A stretch of 59,443 bases of DNA, from the NCBI GenBank assembly GCA_036277615.1, contig DASUMQ010000293.1, positions 1 to 59,443 on the forward strand, written 5' to 3'. This document shows positions 19,555 to 27,215 of the stretch, one piece after another; position 1 is the stretch's first letter, and each line of letters starts with the position of its first letter. This stretch comes from Steroidobacteraceae bacterium. GTDB lineage: Bacteria; Pseudomonadota; Gammaproteobacteria; Steroidobacterales; Steroidobacteraceae. The notes beneath the pieces are model-generated. The model did no database searches, was not told where the DNA came from, and saw only the letters and a program-made list of their open reading frames with translations. The position numbers were made by a program, and so were the translations under genes.

Positions 19555-20078
19555 GCGATCTCCCGCCCGCTGACCTTCGCGATGTCCTTGAACAGGATGG
19601 AGAACGCCTGCAGCACCATGAGTCCGATGCCCACGGTCATGATGATCTTGATCGGCGCCATCGGCGGCGCCCACGCCGAATAGTTGGTCTGGTTGTACTT
19701 GAGCGAATACATGCTGCTCGCGATGCCGCCCTGCATCATGACGACCAGGTAAAAGACCAGGAAGAACGTGGTGATCGAGTCCACGAACGCCCGCGTCTTC
19801 GGCCGCCAGCGCTCGTACAACACGTCCATGCGGACGTGTGCGTCGAGTTGCATGGAGTACCCGCCGCCCAGGATGTAGTACGCGGCCATCAGGAACTGCG
19901 CCAGCTCGATGATCCAGACGAACGGCACGTTGAAGACGTAGCGCGTCAGTGAGGCGAACAGCAGCACGCCCATCATCACCAGGGCGAGGTACATGACGAA
20001 ATAGCCGACGACGCGATTGACCGCGTCCACCCAACGGACGTACGCCCGGACGACGCCAGGCATCTGTGGTGTGCTCAT
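19551..20078 (-). CDS. TRAP transporter small permease (DctQ family)
   Basis: About 175 aa with four hydrophobic segments, positioned between the SBP and DctM genes. The start is either MSTPQMPG... (20078) or the ATG at 20063. Confidence 0.85.
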   Translation of the reverse strand: MSTPQMPGVVRAYVRWVDAVNRVVGYFVMYLALVMMGVLLFASLTRYVFNVPFVWIIELAQFLMAAYYILGGGYSMQLDAHVRMDVLYERWRPKTRAFVDSITTFFLVFYLVVMMQGGIASSMYSLKYNQTNYSAWAPPMAPIKIIMTVGIGLMVLQAFSILFKDIAKVSGREIA

Positions 20079-20103
20079 GCTCACCCGCTCAGCAGCAGTC
20101 GGC

Positions 20104-20122
20104 GGCGCGGCCCGGCCGCGCC
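20104..20122 (-). promoter_or_regulatory. Intercistronic GC stem-loop between the TRAP SBP and permease genes
   Basis: GGCGCGGC-CCG-GCCGCGCC forms a perfect 8-bp stem in the 117-nt dctP-dctQ spacer. Its position fits the mRNA-stabilising or attenuating hairpins often found after SBP genes. Confidence 0.3.
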
Positions 20123-20195
20123 GGTGATGGCGCACGCGACCCCGGCGCCGGATCCACGGGACCGGGGACGCGCACCGTCATCGGGGGGCCGGCAC

Positions 20196-21284
20196 TCAGG
20201 CGTAGCGATAGGGAGGCCCGGCCTTCGTCATCAGGTCGTTGTAGTCCCTGAAGATCTGCACCACCTTTGCGCACCGCGGACTGGTCGCCGCGACCTCGTC
20301 CCAGAACTTGTGTGCCTCGTTTTCGACGGTCGCCCACTCCGCGGCGGGGATCGTCGTCAGCTTCATCTTCGGGCCCTTGACGCGCAGGTCCGCCTCGCCA
20401 CCCCAGTACCAATGCTGGCGGTAGTAGTGCGAGCTGTCGATGCAGAGCTTGTAGAGCGCCTTCAGGTGCTCGGGCACCTTTTCCCAGGACTTGTCGTTGA
20501 CGAAATACGAGCCGATCCACGCGCCCGAGATGTTGTTGGTCAGGAAGTAAGGCGTCACGTCGGCCCAGCCCACCGTGTAGTCCTCGGTGATGCCCGACCA
20601 CGCCAGGCCGTCGAGCTCGCCGGTCTGGATTGCCACCTGCACGTCGCCCCACGGCAGCGTCACGGGCACCACGCCGAACCGCGCGAGGAACTTGCCCGCG
20701 GTCGGGAACGTGAAGATCCGCAGGCCCTTCAGGTCCGCGAGCTTGTTGATCGGCTTGACCGTGTTGAAGTGGCACGGGTCCCAGCTGCCCGAACTGAGCC
20801 AGGTGACGTTCTCGACCTCGTCGTACGCCTCCCGCCAGATCTCGTTCAGGCCGAACTTGTGGAACAGGGCAGGGACGTCGAGGCTGTAACGCGTCGCGAA
20901 CGGGAAGTAACCGCCGAACACCCGGATGTCGGTGGGGGCCGCGATCGAATCATCGTCGCTCTGGACCGCGTCGATGGTGCCGGCCTGCATCGCCCGGAAC
21001 AACTCGCCCGTGGGCACGAGCTGGTCCGCGAAGTAGAGCTCGATCACCATCTCGCCGTTGGCGGCCTTGTTGAAGGCCTCGATGGAAGGCTTGATGACGT
21101 GCTCGGCAAGCGCGGGGCCCGCATAGGTCTGCAGCCGCCACTTGATTGTGGTCTTCTTGGCGGTCTGCACCGCGGGGCCGCCGGCCTCGCCGGAACCTTC
21201 CTGCTTGCCGCAACCGGCCAGCAGCGCCGTGGATGTCGCCGTGGCGGCCAGCGCCGCCTTGGTCAGGAATTGTCGCCGCTGCAT
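20196..21284 (-). CDS. TRAP transporter substrate-binding protein (DctP-type, COG4663-like) with Tat signal
   Basis: Starts MQRRQFLTKAALAATATSTALLAGC (twin-arginine motif plus lipobox-like Cys). The body resembles TRAP SBPs (KWRLQTYAGPALAE...). Confidence 0.88.
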   Translation of the reverse strand: MQRRQFLTKAALAATATSTALLAGCGKQEGSGEAGGPAVQTAKKTTIKWRLQTYAGPALAEHVIKPSIEAFNKAANGEMVIELYFADQLVPTGELFRAMQAGTIDAVQSDDDSIAAPTDIRVFGGYFPFATRYSLDVPALFHKFGLNEIWREAYDEVENVTWLSSGSWDPCHFNTVKPINKLADLKGLRIFTFPTAGKFLARFGVVPVTLPWGDVQVAIQTGELDGLAWSGITEDYTVGWADVTPYFLTNNISGAWIGSYFVNDKSWEKVPEHLKALYKLCIDSSHYYRQHWYWGGEADLRVKGPKMKLTTIPAAEWATVENEAHKFWDEVAATSPRCAKVVQIFRDYNDLMTKAGPPYRYA

Positions 21285-21649
21285 CGCGTCTTCCTCCTGG
21301 AGTCGGGTCGATTCGAGGTTCAACTCATCCAACGTTTACCTTCGTCGCGACAGGGAGGGGGTACGGAACGCCGACGGTGCAGCAGCCTCGCATGGTAGCC
21401 GCGGACGCGTTCACGGACATCGATGTAGAGGTCAGCCCCCCTGAGCCTGTTCTTCGTCTGGGGGCGACGCAGCATGCCGGCGTCGCCGTTTCGACCGATT
21501 CTGCACGCGACCGTCGCGCTCGGCAATAAACGACATGCCTCCTTCAAGTGCACCGGTTGCGATGTACCACCGGGAGCGCCGCCCCGGGGCGGATTCTCGA
21601 TCGGCAGTGTAGGCTGTCGGCAAAACCTGCAGCCGCGCCCGGAGGGGAG

Positions 21650-23014
21650 ATGGAACCGCGACAGGTACGCAGCAACGCCGATGCACGCGCGATCGTGGAC
21701 GAGCGAGGTGCACAGCACGTCAAGGTCGGCGTCTTCGACGTCGACGGCATCATGCGCGGCAAGTACATCTCGCGCGAGAAGTTCCTGTCGGCGCTCGAGG
21801 GCGGCTTCGGGTTCTGCGACGTCGTGCTGGGCTGGGACTGCCAGGACCAGCTCTACGACAACGTCGAATACACGGGCTGGCACACCGGGTACCCCGACGC
21901 CCCGGTGCGGGTGCTGCCCGACTCGTGTCGCGTGCTGCCGTTCGAGGACGACGGGCTGTTCTTCCTCGGCGAGTTCTCACCGCCCGCGGAGACGGTCTGC
22001 CCGCGCGCGCTGTTGCGTCGCGTCGTCGAGCGCGGAACGACCATGGGCTTTACCGCGTACGCGGGTTTCGAGTACGAGTTCTTCGTCTTCAAGGAGACAC
22101 CCGAGTCCATCCGCGAAAAGAACTACCGCGGTCTCACGCCGATGGCCCCCGGCTGGTTCGGCTACTCGGTGCTGCGCAACAGCGCGGGCAGCGACTTCTA
22201 CCGCGCACTGCTCGACACCTGCCGCGCGATGGACATGGGCATCGAGGGCCTGCACGAAGAGACGGGCCCGGGCGTGATGGAGGCCGCGATCACCGTCGAC
22301 GGGGCCCTGGCCGCCGCGGACAAGGCCGCACTGTTCAAGACGTTCGCCAAGGTCATCGCACTGAAGCACGGCCTGCTGGCGACGTTCATGGCGAAGTGGG
22401 CCAGGGACCTCCCCGGTCAGAGCGGGCACATCCACCTGTCGCTGAAGAAAGACGGCAGCCCGGTGTTCCATGAGCCCAACCAGCCGCATTCGATGAGCGA
22501 CACCCTGCGCTGGTTCGTCGGCGGCCAGCAGAAGCTCATGCCCGAACTGCTCGCGATGGTGGCCCCGACGGTGAATTCGTATCGCCGCCTGATCCCGGGT
22601 TTCTGGGCGCCGACGGACTCGACCTGGGGCGTCGAGAACCGCACGACCGCGCTGCGCGTGATCCCGGGCAGCCCGAAATCGCAGCGCGTCGAGTACCGGA
22701 TCGCCGCGGCCGACGCCAATCCGTACGTGATCCTCGCGGCCGCGCTCGGCTCGGGCCTCTGGGGCATCGAGCACCGGATCGAGCCGGAAGCGATGGTGAC
22801 CGGCAACGCCTACGACCGGAAGTATCCGTCCCGGCTCGCGCTGCCGCGAACGCTGTGGGACGCTGCCCAGCGCCTGAAGGCTTCGCGCGCCGCGCGCGAC
22901 CTGTTCGGCGATGCCTTCGTCGAGCACTTCGCCGCCACGCGCGAGTGGGAGGAACGCGAGTTCCGCAAGCACGTCAGCGACTGGGAGCTGCAGAGGTATT
23001 TTGAGATCATCTGA
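21650..23014 (+). CDS. Glutamine synthetase family protein (gamma-glutamyl-amine synthetase-like; PuuA/GlnA4-type)
   Basis: GS catalytic motifs PGQSGHIHLSL, NSYRRL and ENRTTALRV are present. 454 aa. GGAGGGGAG lies upstream of ATG 21650. Confidence 0.85.
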   Translation: MEPRQVRSNADARAIVDERGAQHVKVGVFDVDGIMRGKYISREKFLSALEGGFGFCDVVLGWDCQDQLYDNVEYTGWHTGYPDAPVRVLPDSCRVLPFEDDGLFFLGEFSPPAETVCPRALLRRVVERGTTMGFTAYAGFEYEFFVFKETPESIREKNYRGLTPMAPGWFGYSVLRNSAGSDFYRALLDTCRAMDMGIEGLHEETGPGVMEAAITVDGALAAADKAALFKTFAKVIALKHGLLATFMAKWARDLPGQSGHIHLSLKKDGSPVFHEPNQPHSMSDTLRWFVGGQQKLMPELLAMVAPTVNSYRRLIPGFWAPTDSTWGVENRTTALRVIPGSPKSQRVEYRIAAADANPYVILAAALGSGLWGIEHRIEPEAMVTGNAYDRKYPSRLALPRTLWDAAQRLKASRAARDLFGDAFVEHFAATREWEEREFRKHVSDWELQRYFEII

Positions 23015-23020
23015 GACGAA

Positions 23021-23114
23021 GCGGATAGCGGATAGCGGATAGCGGTTAGTAAGATGCCGACGTCGTCGGCGTGCCGGCGCAGCCGCCTCCTACTATCCGC
23101 TATCCGCCATCCGC
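23021..23114. repeat. REP-like long hairpin with tandem-heptamer arms (GCGGATA)
   Basis: It reads GCGGATA x3, GCGGTTA, GTAAG, a GC-rich core with an inner GCCGAC-GTC-GTCGGC hairpin, GCCGCCTCCTAC, then TATCCGC, TATCCGC, CATCCGC. It starts 6 nt after the GS-like stop and ends 12 nt before the next ATG. Confidence 0.8.
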
Positions 23115-23126
23115 TGTTCACTTCCC

Positions 23127-24512
23127 ATGCTCCAACGCACCATTTCCCCGATCGACGGCTCGGTCCACGTCGAGCGTGAGCTCGCCACCGGCACGGCCAT
23201 CGACGAGACGCTCGACCGCGCGCGGCGCGCGCAGCGCGCATGGCGCCGCGTGCCCGTCGAATCGCGCGCCGCGATCCTGGGTCGTTTCTGCGAAGCGTTC
23301 GAACAGCGGCGTGACGTCGTCGCCCAGGAACTCGCGTGGCAGATGGGGCGACCCGTCCGGTACGGACCGAACGAAGTGCGCGGCACGCTCGAGCGTGCGC
23401 GGCACATGATCGCCATCGCACCCGAGGCGCTCGCGGACATCGACGTCGGGCCGAAGGAGGGGTTCCAGCGCTTCCTGCGACGCGAGCCGGTTGGCGTCGT
23501 GTTCACGGTGGCGGCCTGGAACTATCCGTACCTGATCGCCGTCAACAGCGTCGTGCCGGCGCTGATGGCCGGCAACGTCGTGGTGCTCAAGCACTCGGCC
23601 CAGACGCCGCTCTGCGCGGAAACCTTCGCCGCGTGTTTTCGCAAGGCAGGGCTGCCCGAGGGCTGCTTCCAGGTGCTGCACCTGAGCCACGACGACACGA
23701 ACCGCGTCGTCGCCGACCCGCGCGTCGACTTCGTCGCGTTCACGGGCTCGGTGGCGGGCGGGCGCGCCATCCAGCGCGCCGCCTCCTCGCGTTTCATCGG
23801 CACTGGGCTCGAACTGGGCGGCTGCGATCCTGCCTACGTGCGTCACGACGCGAACCTCGCGCACGCGGTCGAAAACCTCGTGGACGGGGCCTACTTCAAC
23901 TCGGGCCAGTCGTGCTGCGGCATCCAGCGTGTCTACGTGCACGACCGACTGTACGACTCGTTCGTCGAGCGCTGGATCCAGCTCACGCGCAATTACACCC
24001 TCGGCAGCCCGCTCGACACGGAGACGACGCTCGGGCCCGTCGTGCGTACCGCCGCGGCGGACGAGATCCGTCGCCAGGTGGCGGCGTCCATCAGCCTTGG
24101 TGCGCGCTGCCCGATCCCGGAGCACGAGTTCGAGGCGAGCCGCGCCGGCACGCCGTACGTCGCGCCGCAGGTGCTGCTCGACGTCGACCACACGATGCCG
24201 GTGATGCGCGACGAGATTTTCGGCCCGGTCGCGGGCATCATGAAGGTGCGCTCGGACGAAGAGGCCGTCGCGCTCATGAATGACAGCGCGTTCGGTCTCA
24301 CCGCGGCGATCTGGACCGAGGACCTGGACGCGGCGCTCGCCATCGGCGACGAGGTGCAGACCGGCACCTGGTTCATGAACCGGTGCGACTACCTCGATCC
24401 GGCGCTCGCCTGGGTCGGTGTCAAGGATTCGGGCCGCGGCTGTACGCTCTCGACCCTCGGTTACGAGCACCTGACACGACCGAAGTCGTTCCACTTGCGA
24501 GTGCGCACCTGA
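23127..24512 (+). CDS. NAD(P)+-dependent aldehyde dehydrogenase
   Basis: ALDH motifs GLELGGCDP (catalytic Glu) and FNSGQSCCGIQRVYV (catalytic Cys). 461 aa. Confidence 0.9.
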   Translation: MLQRTISPIDGSVHVERELATGTAIDETLDRARRAQRAWRRVPVESRAAILGRFCEAFEQRRDVVAQELAWQMGRPVRYGPNEVRGTLERARHMIAIAPEALADIDVGPKEGFQRFLRREPVGVVFTVAAWNYPYLIAVNSVVPALMAGNVVVLKHSAQTPLCAETFAACFRKAGLPEGCFQVLHLSHDDTNRVVADPRVDFVAFTGSVAGGRAIQRAASSRFIGTGLELGGCDPAYVRHDANLAHAVENLVDGAYFNSGQSCCGIQRVYVHDRLYDSFVERWIQLTRNYTLGSPLDTETTLGPVVRTAAADEIRRQVAASISLGARCPIPEHEFEASRAGTPYVAPQVLLDVDHTMPVMRDEIFGPVAGIMKVRSDEEAVALMNDSAFGLTAAIWTEDLDAALAIGDEVQTGTWFMNRCDYLDPALAWVGVKDSGRGCTLSTLGYEHLTRPKSFHLRVRT

Positions 24513-24543
24513 GCGGTCGCGCCGCGGCACGGAGATCACTTGC

Positions 24544-25722
24544 ATGACGACGCCCGAACTGCGCGGCAACTGGAACTACCCGACCAGCATCCGCTTCGGC
24601 GCCGGTCGGATCGTCGAGTTGCCGGAACACTGCCGATCGCTCGGCATCCGGCGCCCGTTGTTCGTCACTGACGCCGGGCTCGCCGGACTGCCCATGGTCG
24701 CGCGCGTGCTCGGACTGTGTCGCGACGCCGGCCTCGGCATCGAGTGCTTCTCCGACGTCCAGTCGAACCCGGTCGAGGCCAACGTCACCGCCGGCGTGCA
24801 GGCGTATCGCACGGGACGACACGACGGCGTGATTGCGTTCGGCGGCGGCAGCGCACTCGACACCGGCAAGGCGATCGCGCTGATGATCGGCCAGACGCGG
24901 CCGATCTGGGATTTCGAGGACCGCGAGGACTGGTACACGCGCGTCGACGTCGCCGGCATGGCGCCCGTGGTCGCGGTGCCGACGACGGCGGGCACCGGGT
25001 CCGAAGTGGGCCGTGCGTCGGTGATCACCGACGTGCGGGACCACACGAAGAAGATCATCGTCCATCCGAAGATGCTGCCTGGGCTCGTGCTCGAGGACCC
25101 GGAACTCACCGTCGGGCTGCCGCCGCACGTCACGGCCGCGGTGGGCATGGACGCGCTCTCGCACAACCTCGAAGCGTATTGCTCCCCAGGCTATCACCCC
25201 ATGGCCGAGGGCATCGCGGTCGAGGGGATGCGGCTGATCCGGGAATACCTGCCGCGCGCAGTCGCGAACGGCGCGGACCTCGAGGCGCGCTCACACATGC
25301 TGGTGGCCTCGTCGATGGGCGCCACCGCGTTCCAGAAGGGGCTCGGGGCGATGCACAGCCTCAGCCATCCGTGCTCGGCCAACCTGAACACGCACCACGG
25401 ACTCACCAACGCCGTCGTGATGCCGTACGTGCTGGACTGGAATCGCGAGGCGCTCGAGCAAAAGATGACACGGCTCGCGGCGTGGCTCGGTCTCACTGAG
25501 CATTCGTTCGCCGGCGTGCTGCACTGGGTGCTCGAACTGCGCCGCACGATCGGCATCCCGGACACGCTGGCGGGACTCGGCCTCGACGAAACGCACGCGA
25601 AGTCGTTCGCGCCGCAGGCGTTCGCCGACCCGTCAACGGGCGGCAATCCGCTGCCGATGTCCGAGCAGGGTTTCGAGCGGTTGTACCTGCGCTGCATCCG
25701 CGGCGAGCTCACGGCCGGCTGA
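24544..25722 (+). CDS. Iron-containing (group III) alcohol dehydrogenase
   Basis: Motifs GGGSALDTGKAI and the His-rich metal site GAMHSLSHPCSANLNTHHG. 392 aa. Confidence 0.9.
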   Translation: MTTPELRGNWNYPTSIRFGAGRIVELPEHCRSLGIRRPLFVTDAGLAGLPMVARVLGLCRDAGLGIECFSDVQSNPVEANVTAGVQAYRTGRHDGVIAFGGGSALDTGKAIALMIGQTRPIWDFEDREDWYTRVDVAGMAPVVAVPTTAGTGSEVGRASVITDVRDHTKKIIVHPKMLPGLVLEDPELTVGLPPHVTAAVGMDALSHNLEAYCSPGYHPMAEGIAVEGMRLIREYLPRAVANGADLEARSHMLVASSMGATAFQKGLGAMHSLSHPCSANLNTHHGLTNAVVMPYVLDWNREALEQKMTRLAAWLGLTEHSFAGVLHWVLELRRTIGIPDTLAGLGLDETHAKSFAPQAFADPSTGGNPLPMSEQGFERLYLRCIRGELTAG

Positions 25723-25771
25723 GTCGCGCCTGCCTCCTCCGCTAGACTGCGCACTTTTCCCGGAGAACTGC

Positions 25772-26278
25772 ATGCAGATTTCGATGTACCGTGCCTCGGT
25801 GCCCGTGCTCGCGCGCGCTTTGCGCAACCTCGCGACCGTCCTGCGCAAGGGCGAGGCGCACGCGAGTGCGCGCAACGTCGACCCGGCCGTGCTGCTGGGC
25901 TATCGCCTCGCGCCCGACATGTTCGCATTGACCCGCCAGGTGCAGATCGCGACCGACACGGCCAAGGGCTGCGTAGCGCGGCTTGCCGGTGTCGACGTGC
26001 CCGTCTACGAGGACAACGAGACGACGTTCGCGCAGCTGCTCGACCGGCTCGAGCGCACCGTCGGATTCATCGAGGGTTTCCAGCCCGCGCAGATCGACGG
26101 CACCGAAGATCAGGCGGTCACGCTGAAGATGCGGACGGGCGAGATGACCTTCCAGGGATTGCCGTACCTGCTCGAGTTCGTGCTGCCGAACGTCTATTTC
26201 CACAGCGCGGCCGCGTACGCGATCCTGCGTCACTGCGGCGTGGAACTCGGCAAGAAGGATTTCCTCGGCGCGCCGTGA
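25772..26278 (+). CDS. DUF1993 domain protein
   Basis: 168 aa. The N-terminus MQISMYRASVPVLARALRNLATVLRKGEAHA... and overall pattern match my recollection of DUF1993 helical-bundle proteins. Confidence 0.65.
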   Translation: MQISMYRASVPVLARALRNLATVLRKGEAHASARNVDPAVLLGYRLAPDMFALTRQVQIATDTAKGCVARLAGVDVPVYEDNETTFAQLLDRLERTVGFIEGFQPAQIDGTEDQAVTLKMRTGEMTFQGLPYLLEFVLPNVYFHSAAAYAILRHCGVELGKKDFLGAP

Positions 26279-26292
26279 TCACGGGCCCGCCG

Positions 26293-26316
26293 CCTCTCCC
26301 GCGCAAGCGGGAGAGG
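26293..26316 (+). terminator. Perfect 10-bp GC hairpin after the DUF1993 gene
   Basis: CCTCTCCCGC-GCAA-GCGGGAGAGG sits 15 nt after the stop codon. There is no clear U-tract, so it is either a factor-dependent or REP-like terminator or just a structural element. Confidence 0.4.
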
Positions 26317-26344
26317 GTGGGATGTTCTGCTCCGCCTGCCGCGT

Positions 26345-26521
26345 CTATGCCCGCTCCCGCAGTGCTTCGAGAATTACGGCGAACGCGGGCGGGTTCTGGC
26401 GTCGCGTCGGGTAATACAGGTGATGGCCACGGAACGGCGGGCACCAGTCTTCGCGCACGCGAACCAATCGACCGGCCGAGATGTGCGTCGACACCAATTT
26501 GACCCTCGGCTTGCGAATCAG
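26345..26521 (-). pseudogene. Remnant of a LysR-family regulator (C-terminal about 59 codons only)
   Basis: The minus-strand translation is LIRKPRVKLVSTHISAGRLVRVREDWCPPFRGHHLYYPTRRQNPPAFAVILEALRERA*, a classic LysR C-terminus. An in-frame TAG lies two codons upstream, with no N-terminal HTH. The 5' break abuts the 3' end of the ArsR-like gene. Confidence 0.8.
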
Positions 26522-27138
26522 CTGCTATCTCCGGACCCTGAGCGGTCGCTGCGACGCCGCTTCGCGTGCCGTGTGGACGGTGCCAGCACGAACGCGAGCG
26601 TCAGCAATGAGTCCCGACCGCGACGCCGAGGCTTGCTCGTCAGTTCGCACAGCTTCTCGAGCAGCCGGTTCACTTCCTCCAGTTCCGTCGCGCTGACCCA
26701 ACCCTTGTTGCGGGCGGCCCAGAGCTGGCGTCGTTGCCCATGCAGCGCCACGCCCGGTGTCTGCAGCCCGCGTTCGAAATCGCGTTGTGCGACCTTCACC
26801 AACCCGCGCGCGTACTGGGACAGCGCGGACAAGTCGGCTTGCGTGCCCGCGCGGTACGCGAGCCGCAGCGGAGCCTTGCCGGTGCCGGCGAGCCGGTAGA
26901 TCTGCTCGCCGCGCTCCTCGTCCTCGACCTTTTCGACGAGCCGCGCCTTCACCAATACCGCGAGGTGGTAATACAGGCCGTCGGCGGGTCGACCGGACTG
27001 CTCGGCCAGCTGCGCGACGCTCGCCGTGCCACCGAGCGCCGCGAGCGTGTCGACCAGTTCGTGCCGCACCGGGGAGGCGAGCGTCCGGACCTGCTTCGGG
27101 TCGCTGATCGCGCGAGCGTCGAACCTGGATCGCGGCAT
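26518..27138 (-). CDS. Winged-helix (ArsR-type) transcriptional regulator with C-terminal extension
   Basis: The N-terminal wHTH pattern is LASPVRHELVDTLAALGGTASVAQLAEQSGRPADGLYYHLAVLVKARLV. 206 aa. It is divergent from the S41 peptidase gene. Confidence 0.75.
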   Translation of the reverse strand: MPRSRFDARAISDPKQVRTLASPVRHELVDTLAALGGTASVAQLAEQSGRPADGLYYHLAVLVKARLVEKVEDEERGEQIYRLAGTGKAPLRLAYRAGTQADLSALSQYARGLVKVAQRDFERGLQTPGVALHGQRRQLWAARNKGWVSATELEEVNRLLEKLCELTSKPRRRGRDSLLTLAFVLAPSTRHAKRRRSDRSGSGDSS

Positions 27139-27150
27139 GGTTGTCTCGAC

Positions 27151-27177
27151 GTTGAAAAATGGCTAGGCTATTTCAAC
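27151..27177. promoter_or_regulatory. AT-rich palindrome in the divergent ArsR-like / S41 promoter region (candidate operator)
   Basis: GTTGAAAAATGGCTAGGCTATTTCAAC has GTTGAAA/TTTCAAC arms. It is the only AT-rich patch in the 77-nt intergenic region. Confidence 0.35.
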
Positions 27178-27215
27178 AGATGCGACGATCGTGATCCAGT
27201 CCAACGGAGCGCAGC

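Noticed and set aside
21548-21560. Possible sigma-54 promoter (GTGCACCGGTTGC) upstream of the GS-like gene
   Set aside because: It lacks the GG of the -24 element, and the spacing to the GC is too short for the TGGCAC-N5-TTGC consensus.
23021-23048. Tandem heptamer repeats considered as a CRISPR array or microsatellite
   Set aside because: The units are 7 nt with no spacers, there are only 3-4 copies, and they are mirrored by an inverted set about 45 nt away. This is a hairpin arm, not a CRISPR array, and no cas genes are present.
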